NCBI GenBank assembly: GCA_950097015.1
Contig: CATNEN010000038.1
Span: forward strand, 24,428,001-24,492,000
Source: Macrostomum hystrix
Taxonomy: Eukaryota; Animalia; Platyhelminthes
Reading direction: 5' to 3'
DNA length: 64,000 nt
The notes under the pieces are model-generated. The model was not told the DNA's origin. It searched no databases and saw nothing but the letters and a program-made list of their open reading frames with translations. The position numbers and the translations under genes are program-made. Numbering within the stretch: the first letter of the stretch is position 1; each line of letters opens with the position of its first letter. Below, piece after piece: positions 1 through 11,386 of the stretch.

Positions 1-1453
1 AAATCCAACTTTAGAATCTAGCAAATCCTACTTTAGAATCCAGCAAATCCTAGATTCTGGTGTCTAAACCAGCAAATCCAATTTTTAGAATCCAGCAAAT
101 CCAACTTTTTAGAATCCAGAAAATCCTATTTTAGAATCCAGCAAATCCAACTTTTTAGAATCCAGAAAATCCTATTTTAGAATCTAGCAAATCCAACTTT
201 TTAGAATCCAGCAAATCCAACTTTTTAGAATCCAGAAAATCCTATTTTAGAATCCAGCAAATCCAACTTTTTAGAGTCCAGAAAATCCTATTTTAGAATC
301 CAGCAAATCCAACTTTAGAATCCAGCAAATCCAACTTTAGAATCCAGCAAATCCAACTTTAGAATCCAGCAAATCCAACTTTAGAATCCAGCAAATCCTA
401 CTTTAGAATCCAGCAAATCCAACTTTAGAATCTAGCAAATCCAACTTTAGAATCTAGCAAATCCAACTTTAGAATCCAGCAAATCCTACTTTAGAATCCA
501 GCAAATCCAACTTTAGAATCCAGCAAATCCAACTTTAGAATCCAGCAAATCCAACTTTAGAATCTAGCAAATCCAACTTTAGAATCTAGCAAATCCAACT
601 TTAGAATCCAGCAAATCCTACTTTAGAATCCAGCAAATCCAACTTTAGAATCCAGCAAATCCAACTTTAGAATCTAGCAAATCCTACTTTAGAATCTAGC
701 AAATCCTACTTTAGAATCCAGCAAATCCAACTTTTTAGAATCCAGAAAATCCTATTTTAGAATCTAGCAAATCCAACTTTAGAATCTAGCAAATCCAACT
801 TTAGAATCTAGCAAATCCTACTTTAGAATCCAGCAAATCCTAGATTCTGGTGTCTAAACCAGCAAATCCAATTTTTAGAATCCAGCAAATCCAACTTTTT
901 AGAATCCAGAAAATCCTATTTTAGAATCCAGCAAATCCAACTTTTTAGAATCCAGAAAATCCTATTTTAGAATCTAGCAAATCCAACTTTTTAGAATCCA
1001 GCAAATCCAACTTTTTAGAATCCAGAAAATCCTATTTTAGAATCCAGCAAATCCAACTTTTTAGAGTCCAGAAAATCCTATTTTAGAATCCAGCAAATCC
1101 AACTTTAGAATCCAGCAAATCCAACTTTAGAATCCAGCAAATCCAACTTTAGAATCCAGCAAATCCAACTTTAGAATCCAGCAAATCCTACTTTAGAATC
1201 CAGCAAATCCAACTTTAGAATCTAGCAAATCCAACTTTAGAATCTAGCAAATCCAACTTTAGAATCCAGCAAATCCTACTTTAGAATCCAGCAAATCCAA
1301 CTTTAGAATCCAGCAAATCCAACTTTAGAATCTAGCAAATCCTACTTTAGAATCTAGCAAATCCTACTTTAGAATCCAGCAAATCCAACTTTTTAGAATC
1401 CAGAAAATCCTATTTTAGAATCTAGCAAATCCAACTTTAGAATCCAACTTTAG
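1..1453. repeat. ~22-bp minisatellite (AAATCCAACTTTAGAATCCAGC) with a ~790-bp higher-order duplication; intronic to the TRPM gene
   Basis: Unit visible directly; the marker TAGATTCTGGTGTCTAAACC occurs at 51 and 841. Confidence 0.95.
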
Positions 1454-1487
1454 AACGCGATAAATTCGTCATATTAAAAATTGTCAG

Positions 1488-4400
1488 CAACTTCGAAGCC
1501 AAGGCGGAGGGTGTGCTCACTGAATGCGCCGACGATGACCAGTCGAAGGCTCAGGCGAATCTTGTTCGCGAGCTGCAGCACTACGGCGACAGCACCAGCC
1601 TGTTGCTGGCAGCCGAGGGCGAGTCCATCAGCTTCATCTCGCACAGATGCTGCCACCAGCTGCTGGACAATGCCTGGACGGGCAGTCTAAGTCAGAAGAA
1701 GAATAGCTCATTGATGGTCAGTGCCGCCACCGTAATATAGGGGCTTGTCGCGTGCAGTTGAGCCAACTAGATCGACGCACTGCGAGATTGCCTGACTATG
1801 AGATAATCTGTTCGAGTTTGTGAGTCTGTGTGCTCAGGAGTCAGTGGAATGTGAAGCGAGTAGACATAAACTATTTACTATACTCATTGGTTTAAACCCT
1901 GATATATATTGATTATAATTCAATATGATAGCACAAAAATTCCATTCTATTCCATTCTATTCTATTCCATTCAATTCCATTCCATTTCATTTTATTCCAT
2001 TATATTTATTCTATTCCATTCTATTCCAGTCTATTCCATTCCATTCTATTCCATTCTATTCCATTTTATTATAGTCCATTCTATTCCATTCTATTCCATT
2101 CTATTCCATTCCATTCCATTCCATTATAGTCCATTCCATTCCATTCTATTCCATTCCATTATAAGTCCATTCTATTCCATTCTATTCCATTCTATTCCAT
2201 TCCATTATAGTCCATTCTATTCATTCCATTCTATTCCATTCTATTCCATTCTATTTCTTTCCCTTCCATTCCATTCTGCTCCATTCCATTCTATTCCATT
2301 CTATTCCATTCCATTCTATTCCATCCTATTCCATTCTATTTCTTTCCCTTCTATTCCATTCTGCTTCATTCCATTCTATTCCATTCTATTTTATTATATT
2401 TCTTTCCCTTCTATCCCATTCTGCTCCATTCCATTCTATTCCATTTCATTATATTCCATTCTATTCCATTCTATTTCGTTCTATTCCATTCTATTTCGTT
2501 CTATTCCATTCTATTCCATTTCATTAAATTCCATTCTATTCCATTCTATTCCATTTCATTATATTCCATTCTATTATATTCTATTCCATTCTATTTCTTT
2601 CCCTTGTATTCCATTCTGCTCCATTCCATTCTATTCCATTCTATTCCATTTCATTATATTCCATTATATTCCATTCTATTTCGTTCTATTCCATTCTATT
2701 TCGTTCTATTCCATTCTATTTCGTTCTATTCCATTCTATTCCATTTCATTATATTCGATTCTATTCCATTCTATTCCATTTCATTATATTCCATTCTATT
2801 TCTTTCCCTTCCATTCCATTCTGCTCCATTCCATTCTATTCCATTCTATTCCATTCCATTCTATTCCATCCTATTCCATTCTATTTCTTTCCCTTCTATC
2901 CCATTCTGCTCCATTCCATTCTATTCCATTCTATTCCATTCTATTCCATTCTATTTCATTTCATTATATTCCATTCTATTCCATTCTATTCCATTCTATT
3001 CCATTCTATTCCATTCTATTCCATTCTATTCCATTCTATTCCATTCTATTCCATTCTATTCCATTCTATTCCATTCTATTCCATTCTATTTCTTTCCCTT
3101 CTATCCCATTCTGCTCCATTCCATTCTATTCCATTCTATTCCATTCTATTCCATTTCATTATATTCCATTCTATTCCATTCTATTCCATTCTATTCCATT
3201 CTATTCCATTCTATTCCATTCTATTCCATTCTATTCCATTCTATTTCTTTCCCTTCTATCCCATTCTGCTCCATTCCATTCTATTCCATTCTATTCCATT
3301 CTATTCCATTCTATTCCATTTCATTATATTCCATTCTATTCCATTCTATTCCATTCTATTCCATTCTATTCCATTCTATTCCATTCTATTTCGTTCTATT
3401 CCATTCTATTCCATTCTATTTATTTCCATTCTATTGTATTGTCTTCCAGTTCGCATTTCAACTGCTGGTTGGCCTGATTTGTCCATTTCTTTTGCCGCTG
3501 TTTGTTTACTACAAAGCGGACGATCTGGCGAACTCGGCCACTTCAGCCGCTGCCGCCACCGACGTCGGCAGCCAAGCTCGAGTCGTTTCTGGCCACCAGA
3601 ACCGACGTAGGAACCAACAGTTGGCCTCGAGGATCTGGACTAGGGCTGGCAGTCGAGTTGACCCAGAAGCCGGCAACTTTGCCACCGATGCCGACAATGA
3701 GAAGCAAGTTTTCATTTCCTGGAATTCAATTCCAACAAGGCCTCCCGAGCACGAATCCGCAGCGGGGCCACATTTTTCAGGCTTAGCCGGGCTTAGAAGG
3801 CTTAGCAGTATAATAACCAAGCTATTTTTTCACCCTGGGGTTGGACTATGAAAACCTATAGTACACTATGAATGCCTACTTCACGATTAGCTCCCAAATC
3901 GAATGACCGATTTTCGTAAAAGTCCATCATTTTGGTTCAAAAGGTTCCGCCCTTTACGAAGAACTAACTTTCAAAGCGAAAGCTGTACTCGTACCTGGTG
4001 ACAAGGACAGCAAAAATTTGTATTATATCATTCATAATCAGAAAACATACGAGCGAAAACTCATGGAATATAATATATTAAGCTTCTTTAATTTCAGGCT
4101 ACAACGCGAACCTCGTCGTTGCATGCAGCTATCAGAATATCGACGACGCATCATGGACTTTTATTCTGCTCCGGTTGTGAGATTTAGCTACAACACTGTA
4201 AGTTGGTACCCACTCGATTGACCCAATGATATCGAGGTGTTAACTCACTCGATTGACCCAATGATATCGAGGTGTTAACTCACTCGATTGACCCAATGAT
4301 ATCGAGGTGTTAACTCACTCGATTGACCCAATGATATCGAGGTGTTAGCTCACTCGATTGACCCAATGATATCGAGGTGTTAGCTCACTCGATTGACCCA

Positions 4401-7400
4401 ATGATATCGAGGTGTTAGCTCACTCGATTGACCCAATGATATCGAGGTGTTAACTCAATCGATTGACCCAATGATATCGAGGTGTTAACTCACTCGATTG
4501 ACCCAATGATATCGAGGTGTTAGCTCTGTCCATTGACCCCAGGATATCGAGGTGTTAACTCAGTCAATTGACCCAATAATATCGAGGTGTTAACTCAGTC
4601 AATTGACCCAATGATATCGAGGTGTTAACTCAGTCAATTGACCCCAGGATATCGAGGTGTTAACTATGTCCATTGACCCAATGATATCGAGGTGTTAACT
4701 CACTCGATTGACCCAATGATATCGAGGTGTTAACTCACTCGATTGACCCAATGATATCGAGGTGTTAGCTCACTCGATTGACCCAATGATATCGAGGTGT
4801 TAGCTCACTCGATTGACCCAATGATATCGAGGTGTTAACTCACTCGATTGACCCAATGATATCGAGGTGTTAGCTCACTCGATTGACCCAATGATATCGA
4901 GGTTTTAACTCTGTCCATTGACCCCAGGATATCGAGGTGTTAACTCAGTCAATTGACCCAATAATATCGAGGTGTTAACTCAGTCAATTGACCCAATGAT
5001 ATCGAGGTGTTAACTCAGTCAATTGACCCCAGGATATCGAGGTGTTAACTATGTCCATTGACCCAATGATATCGAGGTGTTAACTCTGTCCATTGACCCC
5101 AGGATATCGAGGTGTTAACTCTGTCCATTGACCCAATGATATCGAGGTGTTAACTCAGTCAATTGACCCAATGATATCGAGGTGTTAACTCTGTCCATTG
5201 ACCCCAGGATATCGAGGTGTTAACTCAGTCAATTGACCCAATGATATCGAGGTGTTAACTCAGTCAATTGACCCAATGATATCGAGGTGTTAACTCTGTC
5301 CATTGACCCCAGGATATCGAGGTGTTAACTCAGTCAATTGACCCAATGATATCGAGGTGTTAACTCTGTCCATTGACCCCAGGATATCGAGGTGTTAACT
5401 CAGTCAATTGACCCCAGGATATCGAGGTGTTAACTCTGTCCATTGACCCCAGGATATCGAGGTGTTAACTCAGTCAATTGACCCCAGGATATCGAGGTGT
5501 TAACTCTGTCCATTGACCCCAGGATATCGAGGTGTTAACTCAGTCAATTGACCCAATGATATCGAGGTGTTAACTCTGTCCATTGACCCCAGGATATCGA
5601 GGTGTTAGCTCACTCGATTGACCCAATGATATCGAGGTGTTAACTCACTCGATTGACCCAATGATATCGAGGTGTTAACTCACTCCATTGACCCAATGAT
5701 ATCGAGGTGTTAACTCACTCGATTGACCCAATGATATCGAGGTGTTAACTCTGTCCATTGACCCCAGGATATCGAGGTGTTAACTCAGTCAATTGACCCA
5801 ATGATATCGAGGTGTTAACTCAGTCAATTGACCCAATGATATCGAGGTGTTAACTCTGTCCATTGACCCCAGGATATCGAGGTGTTAACTCAGTCAATTG
5901 ACCCAATGATATCGAGGTGTTAACTCAGTCAATTGACCCCAGGATATCGAGGTGTTAACTCAGTCAATTGACCCAATGATATCGAGGTGTTAACTCTGTC
6001 CATTGACCCCAGGATATCGAGGTGTTAACTCAGTCAATTGACCCAATGATATCGAGGTGTTAACTCAGTCAATTGACCCCATGATATCGGGGTGTTAACT
6101 CAGTCAATTGACCCCAGGATATCGAGATGATGGACCACTGACACTGTCTCCATGATTGCAGATCTCGTACATAGTATTTCTGGGCCTATACTCTTATACT
6201 CTGCTATTCAAATTTGGTCCCGGCCTTCCAAACTGGTCAGCCATTCATCTGGTTCTGTACGTCTGGGTATTGTCGCTGGTGTTGGAAGAGCTTCGACAAG
6301 CCTTGTTGTCCAAGATTAGCTTCAAAGCCTACATATCGGATGCTTGGAATATCTTTGACATAGTTGCCATTGTTCTGTTCAACATTGGCGCTATGGCGTT
6401 CATACTGAGACTTATATCGCCAGCTGTTCAGGGTCTGTTCTCCTCAGGAGACGATCAATCGGCTACATCTACTGGCCAAGAGACATTACTGCGGCTCAGT
6501 AGACTGTGTCTATCATTGGCACTGTTCTTATTCTTTGCTAGAATATTACAGTTTTTCTCTGTCAGCGTCACATTGGGACCTAAAGTGGTGATGATTCAAA
6601 ATATGGTGAGCCAAGAGCAATGACGACACATTAAAGATAGATTAGAGAGTAGACACTATAACGAAGTGAATAAAGGGGAAAACCAAGATGAGATAAGAGA
6701 GGACAGCTAGAGAGAAGATAAGAGAGGACAGAGAGGAGATATGAGAAGATAGAGAGGATATATGAGAGGACAGAGAGGAGATGTGAGAGGACAGAGAGGA
6801 GATATGAGAGGACAGAGAGGAGATATGAGAGGACACAGAGGAGATAAGAGAGGACAGAGAGGAGATAAGAGAGGACAGAGAGGAGATAAGGGAGGACAGA
6901 GAGGAGACAGGAGAGGACAGAGAGGAGATAAGAGAGGACAGAGAGGAGATATGAGAGGACAGAGAGGAGATATGAGAGGACACAGAGGAGATATGAGAGG
7001 ACAGAGAGGAGATAAGAGAGGACAGAGAGGAGATAAGAGAGGACAGAGAGGAGATAAGGGAGGACAGAGAGGAGACAGGAGAGGACAGAGAGGAGATAAG
7101 AGAGGACAGAGAGAAGATATGAGAGGACAGAGAGAAGATATGAGAGGACAGAGAGGAGATATGAGAGGACACAGAGGAGATAACAGAGGACAGAGAGGAG
7201 AACAGAATGGATGGAGGTGCAAAGAAGAAGAGAGAAAAGAGAGACCGAGTGAAAATGGTATTAATTAAGTTAGGGAGAGAAAAGTATGCAATTATCAAAT
7301 TTCAGATAAGCAACGACCTGCTGCCATTCCTGGTGATTCTTCTAACATTCACCTTTGGCTACGGCATAGCCATGTGGTGCATCGCTTTTCCAAAGACTGA

Positions 7401-10400
7401 CCCGTCATTCTCTGACGCCCTGGCCATGATTATGAAGCTGATGCGGGTATCCTATTTTCAAATCTACGGCGAACTCAATATGGACCTCATTACTGGGCAA
7501 GGTAAGTTAAACAATGCTTAGAGTTCTTCTGCTAAACTCTTGTATGTACTTTTGGTTTAATTGTAAATATCCAGCTGGTTTAAATGTGGATATACACCCT
7601 TTTAGGACATCCAGGTTGTCTATTCTTAGATATCCACCTTTTTATTATTGGATAACCACTCTTTTTAATCTTGGTTATCCAGATTTTTTATTGTATATCT
7701 AGCCGGTTTAGTCTTCGATATCCAACAGGTTTTATTCTTGAATGTCCAGCTGGTTTAATCTTGGATAAACAGGTTTGATACCTTGATATCCGCCACTGTT
7801 TACTGCTTTTGCAAAACCTGTAAAATTTTGAAATCCCAATTATTTCAGCCTCAACTTGTACCACGGACACATCAACCTGTCCAGACGCTTGGGGGATTTG
7901 GATAGCCCCAATCATGCTAGGAGTTCACATGATCCTGGCCAACGGACTGCTGTTTAATCTGCTCATTGCCATGTTTAGGTGCGTTCACAGAATCGTAGAT
8001 TTAAATCGTAGATTCACAGAATCGTAGATTCACAGAATCGTAGATTCACAGAATCCTAGATTCACAGAATCCATGGCATTCCAGTCACACCTACGAGCGA
8101 GTTGACGCCTCGGGTCGTCAGCACTGGAGCCTGCAGCGCTTCCAGATTATGCGGGAGTTTTCGGAACGAAGTCCCATCGCGCCACCACTGGTGGCATTGT
8201 GGCGTTTGGCTTGGCCATTGCGACTGCTTATGTCGCGATGCCTTGGCTTAAACAACAGTGATGACAGCAATCCTTTTAGTGAGTTTATTAATTGTTGGAA
8301 CGGAAGTGACCTCCTTCTGTGGACTGAAAAGCTGTACATAGCCTTTGGAAGCATTGCGAAGCAGATCTGTAGTTGATAAAGATTATATCAAACCATCAGA
8401 CATCGGATGAAAAATGCTATGCAATTTACTTCGAACGTGTTGACAATCAGATGTAAATGATCCTCAGTTGGGGGGGATAATATCTCATGGGGGTGGGGAT
8501 TTTTTGTCTACTGAACTATTTGCCGCGTCCTCGGACACGAGGGGTTAAAATTGCTAGTTTAACCTACTAAATTGCTTTTAAACTGATGGAATAATTTTTT
8601 ATTTACATTTTTCCATGAAAATCTGACTGACCTCTGCGCGGGGGGTTAAAGTTGCTAGTTCAACCTACTAAATTGCTTTTAAACTGATGGAATAATTTTT
8701 CATTTACATTTTTACATGAAAATCTGACTGACCTCTGCGCGGGGGGTTAAAGTTGCTAGTCTGCTAAAATAATATTTCTTAACTGATGGTAATAACTTTT
8801 TCTTTTTCATACAAGAAAATCTTACGGACCCTCGGCAGGGGGTTAAAACTGCTAGTGTGATTTACTAAAATCTAGTTTTTTCAACTTGACTGAATGATAA
8901 ATGTCAAATCCATCTGGCAGAGACAAGCTACGCGAACGACAGGCAGAAGGAGCGTCAGCTGATGCAATGGGAGCGAATCCGGGCGCTGGAATTCCTGCGA
9001 CACCTTGACGAGTCCTCGACGTCATCTCCGTCCGGGTCGTCTGGACCAGCTGATCAAGCCAAGCCGATGGTGCTGCGAGCCGCTGGGGTCAACAAGGAGC
9101 TAGAGGCGGTGCGAACTCAACTGGAGGAGTCATTCAAGGAGTCCATTCGAGAAGTCGACCTTCGTGTTCGACGGTTGGACTCGATGGAGGCTCAGCTGGG
9201 CCAGCTGGGGGATCTGATGAAGGCCATGGCGGACCGACTGGGACAGCGACACGAAGAGGTGACGTTTGAAGGATGAGAGGCCGCCTTAGGCATAGATAAG
9301 CAATCTATTCAAATAGCTTAATTTAGTAATCCATTCAAATAGCATAGATTAGCAATCCATTCAAATAGCATAGATTAGCAATCCATTCAAATCACAATAA
9401 AGAATCCGTCCCACTGTTCAGGTAGTCCAGAGAATTTCTTCGATTCGCAAAAAAATTGCATCGCTGCCAAGTTCGAATTCCATTCCGAGAAACACGTCGG
9501 CAACATCAAAGGACGAGGCCGGGAGCGCGTGGAGCTGGCAAATACCGGACGATGCGGCTAACTTCGATGCCGAATCTAACAGTGACCTTGGATATGCCGA
9601 TGTGCAGCCAAACGCGTGGATGCTGGAGCTGCAGCATCACAAGCTGTGTAGACTGATTCCCATTGGCTGCCAGGTGATCGCCTGTTTAGACTGCATTCCT
9701 TCCTGTTAGACTGCATTCCTTCCTGTTAGACTGCATTCCTTCCTGTTAGACTGCATTCCTTCCTGTTAGACTGCATTCCTTCCTGTTAGACTGCATTCCT
9801 TCCTGTTAAACTACATTCCTACCTGTTAAACTGCATTCCTACCTGATAAAAAACACAACTTTTGAATTACTTTTAGACCAATCGAAAACTCGCAGCCTGG
9901 GACTCATGCGGCTGGTCAGATTCGAGTGATTACAAAGCCTACGAAAACTACTTTAACGGATTCGATCAGGTAGCCAAATTCAGCCGTCGCTCTCTATTCG
10001 GAAAGTAAGTAAAAATTTTAGTTAATGCTAGGGTTAATGTCAAATTTTAAACTTTATCGCATAGATTAGCAATCCATTCCATTGCATAGATTAGCAATCC
10101 ATTCCATTGCATAGATTAGCAATCCATTCCATTGCATAGATTAGCAATCCATTCTATTGCATAGATTAGCAATCCATTCTAGCATAGATTATACTAGTAC
10201 TCTATTCGATAAAACAGATTATAACGCATTTACTAAAATAATTTTTTACCTCTTTTTCCGAATTTCCCTATCAGGTATCCAATTATCAACTCGGCACCTT
10301 TAAATCCTGAAAAATTTCCAATGGCGGAAACAGCAGCAGCAGCAGCAGCAGCAGTTCCCAGCCGCGGCCCGCTGCCCCTGTGGGGTCCCAACCATTGCGC

Positions 10401-11386
10401 AGTGCTGGCGGTCACCAGGTGGAAGCGAGACGATCGACAGAATGTTGTCAAACGAGGAGGGCGCCAGGTGCTTCAGGTGGTCACCGTTGTGCGCTCGAGT
10501 CACCGCGAGTTGCCCAGCTTTTTAGTGAAGCACTGCGGCCACCGGTTAGCGAAGTTTGGATTAACTGCCTTCCATTCTACTTCCTTCTACTCCATTACAT
10601 TCCATTATAATCCATTCTACTTCCTTATATTCCATTATATTCCATTCTACTTCCTTCTATTCCATTGTATTCCATTTTATTCCATTCTACTTCCTTATAT
10701 TCCATTATATTCCATTATATTCCATTCTACTTCCTTATATTCCATTGTATTCCATTCTACTTCCTTCTATTCCATTGTATTCCATTTTATTCCATTCTAC
10801 TTCCTTATATTCCATTATATTCCATTATATTCCATTCTTTTCCATTCCATTCCATTTCATTTCATTCTTTTCCATTCCATTCCATTCTATTCCATTCCAT
10901 TCCATATAATTATCTTCCATTCTATTTCATTATATTCCATTCTATTCCAGTCTATCCATTCCATTAAATTCCACTGTTTTTTATTCTATTTCATTCTATA
11001 CTATTACATTCTATTCCGCTCTACTCCGCTCTATTCCATGTCGCAGGTGCATGGTGAGCAGTTGCCACCTGGCAGGTGAGCTCAAAGCCTGGTTGGAGAG
11101 CAGAACCGCGTCCAGACTGGCTCGCGAAGAAATCGCCAATGCTAACCTCAGGCAGTTTCCGTTGCCGGGCACACCTGAAGGTCATTCATCAGCCTGGCTA
11201 GAAGTTGAACTAATTAACTTTCACGAGGCCTACAGTAGAAGCTTTGATTCGCATGCGATTTTAGCCGCATTGAGTGGCGAAGGCGAATGCTTGACCTGGG
11301 TTGATGTTGCTAACAGGGCCGATGTGTCTCAGATGCATTCCTACATATTCAAAGCTTTAGCTGAGACGCACAATGCATATTACTGA
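1488..11386 (+). CDS. TRPM-family cation channel (TRPM2-like) with C-terminal NUDT9-homology domain; 5' end lies outside the window
   Basis: In-frame exons: 1488-1716, 3450-3703 (probable GC donor), 4098-4197, 6162-6605, 7306-7501, 7849-7978, 8085-8278, 8921-9258, 9422-9673, 9877-10004, 10275-10544, 11047-11386. Motifs: MHR4/pre-S1 FEAKAEGVLTEC...LLDNAWTG; S1 FYSAPVVRFSYNTISY; S2-S3 EELRQ/WNIFD; S4-S5 LGPKVVMI; pore YFQIYGEL; S6 NLLIAMFS; TRP box WSLQRF..PIAPPL; coiled coil; NUDT9-like WGPNHC..VTRWKRD and C-terminal HSYIFKALAETHNAYY. Confidence 0.92.
1940..3435. repeat. (TTCCA/TTCTA)n pentamer satellite in TRPM intron
   Basis: Direct; source of the spurious FHSIPFYSIL ORFs. Confidence 0.95.
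4211..6126. repeat. 35-bp minisatellite (CACTCGATTGACCCAATGATATCGAGGTGTTAACT) filling a TRPM intron
   Basis: Roughly 55 units; contains palindromes GATATC, TCGA, GTTAAC, and CAATTG in variants. Confidence 0.95.
6690..7200. repeat. 21-bp purine-rich minisatellite (AGAGGACAGAGAGGAGATATG) in TRPM intron
   Basis: Direct. Confidence 0.9.
7985..8072. repeat. Short 16-bp array (CACAGAATCSTAGATT); same family as 37151-37822 in opposite orientation
   Basis: Reverse complement of ATTCTGTGAATCTAGG. Confidence 0.85.
8540..8860. repeat. ~100-bp degenerate tandem repeat, about 3 copies, with junctions at GGGGTTAA
   Basis: GGGGTTAAA..TGCTAG recurs at about 8542, 8643, 8743 and 8839. Confidence 0.75.
9290..9390. 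repeat. 25-bp array (GCATAGATTAGCAATCCATTC..); sister of 10058-10190
   Basis: Direct. Confidence 0.8.
9682..9845. repeat. 20-bp minisatellite (TCCTGTTAGACTGCATTCCT) in TRPM intron
   Basis: Direct. Confidence 0.9.
10058..10190. repeat. 25-bp array (GCATAGATTAGCAATCCATTCCATT)
   Basis: Direct. Confidence 0.85.
10570..11040. repeat. (TTCCA)n-type pentamer satellite in the last TRPM intron
   Basis: Direct. Confidence 0.9.

Noticed and set aside
8365-8455. Extra TRPM exon in the 8279-8920 intron
   Set aside because: Phase-compatible frames hit stops; 8278 joins 8921 in frame without it.
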